Shown here: one piece after another, positions 9,569 through 16,821 of the stretch | Layout: each line of letters starts with the position of its first letter | Numbering within the stretch: position 1 is the stretch's first letter | From: Asaia bogorensis | GTDB lineage: Bacteria; Pseudomonadota; Alphaproteobacteria; Acetobacterales; Acetobacteraceae | Length of the DNA stretch: 47,119 bases | Direction: 5' to 3' | NCBI GenBank assembly: GCA_945873675.1 | Contig: CAMCEP010000001.1 | Coordinates: 1-47,119 of the forward strand | The notes under the pieces: generated by a model | What the model was told of the DNA's origin: nothing | Databases searched by the model: none | What the model saw: only the letters and a program-made list of their open reading frames with translations | Position numbers and translations under genes: made by a program

Positions 9569-9575
9569 AGCAGAT

Positions 9576-10310
9576 TCAGAATGGCAGGATGATATCCAGC
9601 AATTCCTGCCCATAGCGCGGGCGCTGCACATCACTGATTGTGCCCCGCCCACCATAGGCGATGCGCGCTTCCGCAAGCCGGTCATGCTTCACAGTATTGT
9701 CTGAACCGATATCCTGCGGGCGAATGATCCCGCCCACCTGCAAATCGCGCAATTCCTGATTGACACGCACCTGTTGACGCCCGACCACAACCAGATTGCC
9801 ATTCGGCAGCACCTGGGAAACGGTGGCAGCAACACGCAGATTGATCTGCTCGGAGCGCTTGAGCGTCCCTTCTCCATTCACATCGCTGGAGGAACTGGCC
9901 GATACTGCTTTGGAAGGATCAAAGCCTGCCGGAAACAGCCTACCAAAGGACGACTCAAGTCCCAGCAGATTCGGAATCCCCATGCTTTCTTTATTTTCAC
10001 GATTACGATTGGTGGAATTTGCCATATCCGCCTCATCCTGGATGGATACCAGAACGGTCACCAGATCACCCACCGATGCGGCGCGCTGATCGCGCAGAAA
10101 GGTCCGGCTTCCCTGGCGCCATAGGCTGTTGTTCTGCAAGGGCGGGTCGCTTGGGTTCGGCATCGGCATCGTCACGGGGCGCCAGCGCGGATCAGAAGTT
10201 GGGTTTTCAATTCCCGCCAATTCCGGGCCCTGACCAAGACGCGAAAGCCGCTCGGCGGAGCTGCAAGCCGAAAGGCTCGCCACCGCCAACAAAAGCATGG
10301 GTAGGCGCAT
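9576..10310 (-). CDS. flgH: flagellar L-ring lipoprotein
   Basis: Lipobox LSAC; DQRAASVGDLVTV, VLPNGNL, GIIRPQDI, ARIAYGGRG, C-terminal PF (alternative starts 10313/10316). Confidence 0.95.
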   Translation of the reverse strand: MRLPMLLLAVASLSACSSAERLSRLGQGPELAGIENPTSDPRWRPVTMPMPNPSDPPLQNNSLWRQGSRTFLRDQRAASVGDLVTVLVSIQDEADMANSTNRNRENKESMGIPNLLGLESSFGRLFPAGFDPSKAVSASSSSDVNGEGTLKRSEQINLRVAATVSQVLPNGNLVVVGRQQVRVNQELRDLQVGGIIRPQDIGSDNTVKHDRLAEARIAYGGRGTISDVQRPRYGQELLDIILPF

Positions 10311-10312
10311 CA

Positions 10313-11269
10313 TCAACTCCTTTCCGCTGTGCGGAGCGGGGCGGCACCAAGGCGCACCCTCACCCGCCCCGGCCCCATCGCCTCTGCTTCGACAATATTG
10401 CGTGAGGACAGGTTCATAACATTAAGCCGGGCTCCACGCGCAGCCGCTTCCAAGGCACGGCCTTGCGTGGTCAAGGAAAGCCCCGGGCTTTCCACGACCA
10501 TCAGCACAATTTCATTCTTGGCGATGATATGCGGCGTCATCAGATCCACGGACATGAAAGGCAGTTCACTGCCTATTGGACGGCGCAATTGCATGCCGAC
10601 CACGTCTTCCAGGCGCTGCGCCGTGCCCGGCCGTACACGTTCAGCGCGCAATTGTACCAGCCGCACATCCTCGCCCCCCACGACATCACCGACCGCAAGC
10701 CGCCGCGTGGCAAGGACGGCAGGCGCCGTCGCTATGGCCCGCCCCGCTACGCGCATACGAATGCTTGGCATGCCATCAGCCATGACAATCAAGGTGGCCG
10801 CGAAACGATTGGAACCGCTTTCGTAATTGCCACCTTCCGCGGAGAGCCGTGGCAGAGCATTCACCGGCAAAATCGGTGGCGAAAAGGCGGAAAGCTCCAG
10901 TTCTGAATCGACCGGCAAGCCAAGCCCATGGAGTTCAGCGCGCAAGACCTCGATCGCGGCTTCGCGCGAAAGGGCGCGGCCTGGGCGTTCGATCACTATG
11001 CGCTCCGCGCCCGATGTCGGGCGCCATTCAACATTGAAGCGGCGCGCAATGCCGGCAAGTTGAGATGCTTCTATAACGAAGCGCTGGCCCGGCCCGGGTG
11101 ATGCGCCGACTACCACATCGCCACGCGGCGTGCCTTCGAATAGGTCGGAGATACGGATGACCTGGTCGTCGACCAGGCTATGGGTCCGCAGAATGGCCAT
11201 CTGCGCGCGCGCCTTGCGCGGCAGCGCAAGCAACCCAACAGGCAGAAGCAGTAGCAGGCGCCTATTCAT
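10313..11269 (-). CDS. flgA: flagellar P-ring chaperone
   Basis: Signal peptide; SAF domain and GRALE..ARG..LNVMN.SS C-terminus; lies between flgG and flgH. Confidence 0.88.
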   Translation of the reverse strand: MNRRLLLLLPVGLLALPRKARAQMAILRTHSLVDDQVIRISDLFEGTPRGDVVVGASPGPGQRFVIEASQLAGIARRFNVEWRPTSGAERIVIERPGRALSREAAIEVLRAELHGLGLPVDSELELSAFSPPILPVNALPRLSAEGGNYESGSNRFAATLIVMADGMPSIRMRVAGRAIATAPAVLATRRLAVGDVVGGEDVRLVQLRAERVRPGTAQRLEDVVGMQLRRPIGSELPFMSVDLMTPHIIAKNEIVLMVVESPGLSLTTQGRALEAAARGARLNVMNLSSRNIVEAEAMGPGRVRVRLGAAPLRTAERS

Positions 11270-12054
11270 CAGCGTAGCTTGGTCAGGGTGGAGAGCATTT
11301 CATCGCTCGCCGAAATGACGCGGGAATTCATTTCATAGGCGCGCTGGGCGGTGATCAGCGCCGTGATTTCCTGCACAACATTGACGTTGGAGGTTTCGAT
11401 GAAGCCCTGCAGCACCTGGCCATAACCAGCCGCTCCCGGCACACCCTGCTGCGCATCACCTGAACCGGGAGTGGCCAGGAACAGGTTTTCACCAATGGCT
11501 TCCAAGCCACCTTCATTGGCGAAGATCGCAAGCTGGATCTGACCGACATTCTGCGGCTGCACCTGACCATCAATCTTGGCCAGCACTTCACCTGCAGCAT
11601 TGATGGTAACATCGCGCGCGGCCGGTGGAACCGTAATGGCCGGCTGCACTGTAAAACCTTCGGCGGTAACAATGGTACCCTCCGCCGAAAGCCCAAATGT
11701 ACCATCACGCGTAAAGGCGGTTTCACCGGAAGGCATCTGCACCTGGAAATAGCCATTGCCACGGATCGCGATATCGAAGCGGTTTTCGGTCTGTTGCAGG
11801 TTGCCCTGTTCGCTGATGCGATAAACCGCTGCGGTGCGCACACCAAGACCAAGCTGCGCGCCGGATGGCAGCAGCGTGCCGGTATCGGCGCTTTGCGATC
11901 CGGTGCGGCGTAGATTTTGGTAGATCAGATCCTGGAACTCAGCACGACGCCGCTTGAATCCGGTGGTCGAGATATTGGCGATATTGTTTGAAATAACTTC
12001 GATATTCGTCTGCTGGGCCTGCATGCCGGTAGCGGCGATTTGCAAAGAACGCAT
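11269..12054 (-). CDS. flgG: flagellar distal rod protein
   Basis: SNNIANISTTGFK, FQDLIYQ, TRDG, ETSNVNVVQEI, AQRAYEMNS. Confidence 0.97.
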   Translation of the reverse strand: MRSLQIAATGMQAQQTNIEVISNNIANISTTGFKRRRAEFQDLIYQNLRRTGSQSADTGTLLPSGAQLGLGVRTAAVYRISEQGNLQQTENRFDIAIRGNGYFQVQMPSGETAFTRDGTFGLSAEGTIVTAEGFTVQPAITVPPAARDVTINAAGEVLAKIDGQVQPQNVGQIQLAIFANEGGLEAIGENLFLATPGSGDAQQGVPGAAGYGQVLQGFIETSNVNVVQEITALITAQRAYEMNSRVISASDEMLSTLTKLR

Positions 12055-12076
12055 GGTGACTGTGTCCTATTCTATC

Positions 12077-12823
12077 TTATGAAGACCGGCGGCGCATGAT
12101 GCGCTCGACCGAATTATTGATGCGCTCATTCTCCCGCTCAGAGAACATGCTGGCGTACTGGAATTCCCGCATCTCCGCCGTCAGACGGGTGATTTCCAGG
12201 ACAGGAGAAACATTGCTGCCTTCAAGCGCGCGTTGCAGCACCTTTGGGCGTTCAACAGGAACCGGCGCTTCATTCTGGGCATCGAACAGGCGGTTGCCTT
12301 CGGCCATCAGGTTCTGCGAATTGTCGAAGCGCACCAGCCGCAGCGTCGCGATTTCACCGTTCTCGCTCTGGATTACGCCTGTTTTGGTGATCTCAATCTG
12401 GGTGTCCTGCGCGGAAAATGAGATCGGCCGATCGCGGGAATCAAGCACTGTATTGCCTTCCTGATCCACCAGACGACCATTTGCGCCGATGGAAAACCGC
12501 CCGGCGCGGGTGTAACGTTCACCCTTTGGGGTTTCGACAACAAAGAAACCCTCCCCATCAATGGCCACATCCAGCGGGTTGCCGGTTGTCTGAAGAGTGC
12601 CAGGGGCCATGTCGCGCCATGTGGCGCGGTCCTGCGGGATGGACATGGACTTATCGCCCGGCAAACCGCCGGCGCCGCGAAGGTTCACCATCACCTGGCC
12701 GAATACCGGCCGCATGGCGCGAAAGCCCGGCGTATCCGCATTGGCGATATTATGCGCCAGCGCCTGGGTAGACCGCTCCTGAAGCGCCAGTCGCGACATT
12801 AATATATAGCCAGGCGAATCCAT
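12077..12823 (-). CDS. flgF: flagellar proximal rod protein
   Basis: AHNIANADTPGF, TGNPLDVAI, YTRAG, LEGSNV; start at ATG 12823. Confidence 0.92.
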   Translation of the reverse strand: MDSPGYILMSRLALQERSTQALAHNIANADTPGFRAMRPVFGQVMVNLRGAGGLPGDKSMSIPQDRATWRDMAPGTLQTTGNPLDVAIDGEGFFVVETPKGERYTRAGRFSIGANGRLVDQEGNTVLDSRDRPISFSAQDTQIEITKTGVIQSENGEIATLRLVRFDNSQNLMAEGNRLFDAQNEAPVPVERPKVLQRALEGSNVSPVLEITRLTAEMREFQYASMFSERENERINNSVERIMRRRSS

Positions 12824-12925
12824 AGTGGCTCCCTCAAAAGGGCCAGGGCAAAAAGCACCAGCGCAATTCATTCTAGAAACAAACCCACAAGGCCTGTTCC
12901 CAGAAACAATGAACGAATTCCGTAG

Positions 12926-12941
12926 TGCAACCGGCGTGCCA
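12926..12941 (-). promoter_or_regulatory. sigma54 -24/-12 promoter of flgFGAH
   Basis: Minus strand TGGCACGCCGGTTGCA matches the consensus TGGCACG-N4-TTGC. Confidence 0.85.
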
Positions 12942-12961
12942 TCCCCTATAAGGCTGCTTTA

Positions 12962-13009
12962 GGGCAGTTCTTGCCGATCAAAACCTTTTTGGCCCGGCAA
13001 GCCCTGCCG
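12962..13009. promoter_or_regulatory. two ftr-like (FlbD enhancer) dyads
   Basis: GGGCA-GTTCT-TGCCG (12962-12976) and CGGCA-AGCCC-TGCCG (12995-13009), upstream of the flgF sigma54 promoter. Confidence 0.6.
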
Positions 13010-13060
13010 CAAGGCTTCTTTAATTGGAGCCTGTCAAACTGCGTCGTGAAGGAGATATGG

Positions 13061-13588
13061 ATGTCAGGGCAAATTGAGGCCAGTGAGGAAGCTCAGGCAG
13101 AGAAAAAGGGCGGGGGGCGCAAGAAGCTTCTGCTCTTGGCGCTGCCTGTGCTGCTGGTCGCGATCGGGGCTGGGCTTTGGTTCGGTGGCATCCTGCCGCC
13201 GCTGCTCGGCATGGGCGCGCCTGCCGCTACGGCCGAAGGCCGGGAACCCGGGCCGCGAACCGTGGCGTTCCTGGATATGCCAGAAATTGTAACAAACCTT
13301 AATGCGCCGGGCCGTCGCTCGGTGTATTTGAAGCTCCGGAGCAAGCTTGAATTAGCTCGCCCCGAGGATGGGGCGCTGGTGCAAGCTTCCATGCCGCGGT
13401 TACTGGATCTGTTCCAGACCTACTTAAGGGAAGTAAGGCCCGAAGAATTGCGCGGTTCAGCCGGGACCCAGCGCCTGCGGGAAGAATTGGTTGCCCGCGC
13501 CAATATCGCGGTGGCCCAATCTGGCCGCGGTGAAACACAACAAATCCGCGTCAATGACGTGCTGTTCCTGGAGATTTTGGTCCAATGA
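13061..13588 (+). CDS. fliL: flagellar basal body-associated protein FliL
   Basis: AAGGAG RBS; one TM; EIVTNL, PRLLDLFQTYLREVRPEELRGSAG, VLFLEILVQ. Confidence 0.93.
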   Translation: MSGQIEASEEAQAEKKGGGRKKLLLLALPVLLVAIGAGLWFGGILPPLLGMGAPAATAEGREPGPRTVAFLDMPEIVTNLNAPGRRSVYLKLRSKLELARPEDGALVQASMPRLLDLFQTYLREVRPEELRGSAGTQRLREELVARANIAVAQSGRGETQQIRVNDVLFLEILVQ

Positions 13589-14661
13589 GCGGTACGGGCG
13601 AAGAAGAAGACCTCGCCGCGGCCTGGGGGGCCGCGCTTGAGGAGGAAGCAACCACAGAAGCAGAGGCAGCGCCGGCGGTTGCCGCCGATGCGGCACGCGT
13701 CCTTAATCAGGCGGAAATTGACAGTCTTTTGGGTTTTGGTGCCGGCCCCGCACGAGATGCTGAGGAAAGCGGTATCCAGCGGATCATTTCCTCTGGCCTT
13801 ATTTCCTATGAACGCCTGCCAATGCTGGAGATTGTGTTTGACCGGCTGGTCAGGCTGATGTCCACCACTTTGCGTAACTTTACTTCAGACAATGTGGATG
13901 TCTCCATTGACGGCATCGTCTCGCTCCGTTTCGGGGATTACCTGAATTCGGTCCCGCTGCCGGCGATGCTTGGCGTCACGCGCGCCGATGAATGGGATAA
14001 TTATGGCCTGGCGGTGGTGGATTCAGCACTGATCTATTCGGTGGTGGATGTGTTGCTCGGTGGGCGGCGCGGCACAGCGGCGATGCGCATTGAAGGCCGG
14101 CCTTACACCACCATTGAACGCACCCTGGTTGAACGACTGGTCGGCGTGGTGCTGGATGATTTGACGGCGGCTTTTGAACCGCTCTGCCCGGTTAATTTCC
14201 GGTTCGAACGGCTTGAGGTGAACCCGCGCTTTGCCGTGATCAGCCGGCCATCCAATGCCTGCGTGCTGGTGCGCTTGCGCGTGGATATGGAAGATCGCGG
14301 CGGGAAGCTAGAAATTCTGCTGCCCTACGCAACCCTGGAACCCGTGCGCGAATTGCTGCTGCAGCAATTCATGGGTGAGAAATTTGGTCGCGACAGTATT
14401 TGGGAAACCCATTTGGCCGAAGAATTGCGCCATACGGATATCGGCCTGGATGTGGTGTTGGATGAGCAGATGATGCCGCTTTCTTCGGTGCTCAACCTCA
14501 AGGTCGGGGACCAGATTGCGCTTGACGTGCCGCCGGGGGCGCCGGTCAGGCTACGCTGCGGCGATGTGCCGCTTTTTGAAGGAGAGATGGGCCGAAAGGG
14601 CCAGCGTCTGGCTGTGCGGATCGAACGCGAAGTTGAACGTCGCAAGGGGGCCTCATCATGA
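13585..14661 (+). CDS. fliM: flagellar motor switch protein FliM
   Basis: LNQAEIDSLL CheY-binding motif, YERLPMLEIVFDR, PYATLEP, SpoA C-terminus. Confidence 0.97.
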   Translation: MSGTGEEEDLAAAWGAALEEEATTEAEAAPAVAADAARVLNQAEIDSLLGFGAGPARDAEESGIQRIISSGLISYERLPMLEIVFDRLVRLMSTTLRNFTSDNVDVSIDGIVSLRFGDYLNSVPLPAMLGVTRADEWDNYGLAVVDSALIYSVVDVLLGGRRGTAAMRIEGRPYTTIERTLVERLVGVVLDDLTAAFEPLCPVNFRFERLEVNPRFAVISRPSNACVLVRLRVDMEDRGGKLEILLPYATLEPVRELLLQQFMGEKFGRDSIWETHLAEELRHTDIGLDVVLDEQMMPLSSVLNLKVGDQIALDVPPGAPVRLRCGDVPLFEGEMGRKGQRLAVRIEREVERRKGASS

Positions 14662-15134
14662 TGTCCTTCTCTTGGCTTGAATGGGCCCTGCAAGTGACCG
14701 TGCTGGTGCTTTTGGGTGCGGCTATCCCCTTCGCCATCCGGCTTGAGCGGGCCTTGCGCGAAATCCGCAAGGACCGCTCAGCCATGGAAATCAGCGCGCA
14801 GGGCCTGTCAGAGGCAGCGGCGGCGGCGGAATCGGCCATCATGCGCCTGCGCGCGACTGCCGAATTGGCCGGGCGGCAAGTGCAGGAACGCGTGACAACG
14901 GCGGAACCACTGCGGGATGATCTGCGCTTCCTGATCGAACGGGCCGAGACGCTTGCGGACCGGCTGGAAACCCTGGTGCGGGCTGGCCGGCCCATGGCGG
15001 GCCATGAAACACCGGCCCCAGCGGCGACACGGCCTGCGCGGGAGCCCCCAAGCGATGCTGGCCCGCTGCGTAGTCAAGCGGAACGCGATTTGCTGCGTGC
15101 CCTTTCCATCGGTACCGGAAAGGGGGCTCGCTGA
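14658..15134 (+). CDS. membrane-anchored coiled-coil protein (DUF6468/PflI-like by position)
   Basis: N-terminal TM, coiled coil, Pro-rich tail ending RSQAERDLLRAL; coupled to fliM and motE. Confidence 0.7.
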   Translation: MMSFSWLEWALQVTVLVLLGAAIPFAIRLERALREIRKDRSAMEISAQGLSEAAAAAESAIMRLRATAELAGRQVQERVTTAEPLRDDLRFLIERAETLADRLETLVRAGRPMAGHETPAPAATRPAREPPSDAGPLRSQAERDLLRALSIGTGKGAR

Positions 15135-15796
15135 TGTTCAAACCGCGCCTTTTGCCCTTGGCGATTATCGCAATGGGTGGCTTATTCCTTGTAAAGTCAG
15201 AAAATATTATTCGTCCGCTCTTGCGTGGCGAACCGGCCCCTGCGCCTTCATTTGCACCGGCGCGTGCGGCAGAAATTGCCCCCCCGCTATCGGTAGCACC
15301 CGAACCGCAGCGCCCGGCGGGTGGCTTCCAACGCCTTGGCGCGCGGCCTGAGGGTGCGCTCGCCGATGCCCCGAACCCGATTTCACAAGCCGAGCGCGCG
15401 CTGCTGGAACAGCTCCGCGCCCGGCGGGCAGAGTTGGAAGCGCGGGAACAAACTATCGCGTCGCGCGAATTGGTCCTGACAGCGGCCGAACGCCGCCTGG
15501 GCCAGCGCATCGAAGAACTCACGCAGCTTCAGCAGCGCATCGAAGGCATGGAACGCACCCGCAATGAGCGCGAGGAAGCGGGCTGGCGCGGCTTGGTACG
15601 TACCTACGAAAACATGCGCCCGCGAGAAGCGGCCGCGATTTTCGAGGAATTGGAATTGCCTGTGCTGATCCAGATACTGGATCGCATGGGCGAACGGAAA
15701 ATGGCACCGGTGATCGGTGCGATGCGGCCAGAAAAAGCCCGGGTTCTCACCGCCGAATTGGCGAGACACCGGGCCAATCGGCCGGGAAGCGAGTAG
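15134..15796 (+). CDS. motE: MotE family flagellar protein (MgtE_N-like)
   Basis: N-terminal anchor, coiled coil, LVRTYENMRPREAAAIF...M.ERK.APVIGAM.PEKA. Confidence 0.85.
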   Translation: MFKPRLLPLAIIAMGGLFLVKSENIIRPLLRGEPAPAPSFAPARAAEIAPPLSVAPEPQRPAGGFQRLGARPEGALADAPNPISQAERALLEQLRARRAELEAREQTIASRELVLTAAERRLGQRIEELTQLQQRIEGMERTRNEREEAGWRGLVRTYENMRPREAAAIFEELELPVLIQILDRMGERKMAPVIGAMRPEKARVLTAELARHRANRPGSE

Positions 15797-15830
15797 GCCG
15801 AATGATCCGGTCGGCAAACGGTGGAGAACC

Positions 15831-16211
15831 ATGGATAAGAACATCAATGTCCTGATTGTGGACGACTATCGGACGATGCTGCGCATCATCCGCAACCTTC
15901 TGAAGCAGCTTGAATTCAACAATGTTGATGAAGCTGTGGATGGGCAGGAAGCCTTGGCCAAGCTGCGCGCGGGCAATTTTGGGCTCGTGATCAGCGATTG
16001 GAACATGGCGCCCATGACCGGGCTTGACCTGCTCAAGGAAGTGCGGGCTGATCAGCGTCTGAAGAACATGCCTTTCATCATGATCACCGCCGAAAGCAAG
16101 ACCGAAAATGTGGTGGCCGCCAAGCAGGCTGGCGTGTCCAATTATATCGTGAAGCCCTTCAACGCTGAAACGCTGCGGGAAAAAATCGAAAAGGTGCTGG
16201 TCCATGCCTGA
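15831..16211 (+). CDS. cheY: CheY single-domain response regulator
   Basis: GGAGA RBS; VLIVDD, ISDWNMAPMTG, ITAE, YIVKPF. Confidence 0.95.
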   Translation: MDKNINVLIVDDYRTMLRIIRNLLKQLEFNNVDEAVDGQEALAKLRAGNFGLVISDWNMAPMTGLDLLKEVRADQRLKNMPFIMITAESKTENVVAAKQAGVSNYIVKPFNAETLREKIEKVLVHA

Positions 16212-16821
16212 CGGAACCCCCCAAGGGCCGGAAGGCGACCGGATTGAGGCAACGGTGCGCGCTGTGCTGACAACCATGGCGGGCGATCTGACTTCAAAGG
16301 AATCCGCCCTTCTGGCTGAACTTGAAGGGCTTGGGCGCACCATCGCCCGGGCCAAGGCGGAAATCGCCGCCCTTAAGGTTGAGGATATCCGCGATGCGCA
16401 TATCCCGTCAGCCACTGATGAGCTTGATGCCATTGTTGACCATACGGCGCATGCCACCAATGAAATCCTGGATTGCTGCGAAACGCTTGAGCAGATGCAA
16501 TCCGAGCTTTCGGGGGAAGCGGCCGATAAGTTGCAAGGCGCTGTCACTCGGATATACGAAGCCTGCTCCTTTCAGGACATCACCGGACAGCGGATCGGCA
16601 AGGTTGTGACAGCTCTTAAGGCAATTGAAGCCCGGATTTCGGCGGTTGTTTCTGCTGCCAGTGGCATGGCCACTGCTGAAGCCGCGCCTGCGGCTGTGGT
16701 TGCCGCCAAGCCAGGCGACGAAAAGCGTACCGAAGGCGAAAAACTTGCCAATGGCCCACAGCTTCCAGGTTCCGGCGTCTCGCAAAGCGAGATTGACCGG
16801 CTTTTGGCGAGCTTCGATTGA
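16204..16821 (+). CDS. cheZ: CheZ-family phosphatase (alphaproteobacterial type)
   Basis: ELDAIV..T..AT, ACSFQDITGQRI (DxxxQ), C-terminal SQSEIDRLL. Confidence 0.9.
   Translation: MPDGTPQGPEGDRIEATVRAVLTTMAGDLTSKESALLAELEGLGRTIARAKAEIAALKVEDIRDAHIPSATDELDAIVDHTAHATNEILDCCETLEQMQSELSGEAADKLQGAVTRIYEACSFQDITGQRIGKVVTALKAIEARISAVVSAASGMATAEAAPAAVVAAKPGDEKRTEGEKLANGPQLPGSGVSQSEIDRLLASFD

Noticed and set aside
13340-13440. Three TTA codons in fliL suggesting bldA-like control by the nearby tRNA-Leu(UAA)
   Set aside because: TTA also occurs in the GT41 gene, dctQ and dctM; no flagellum-specific enrichment can be shown without a count
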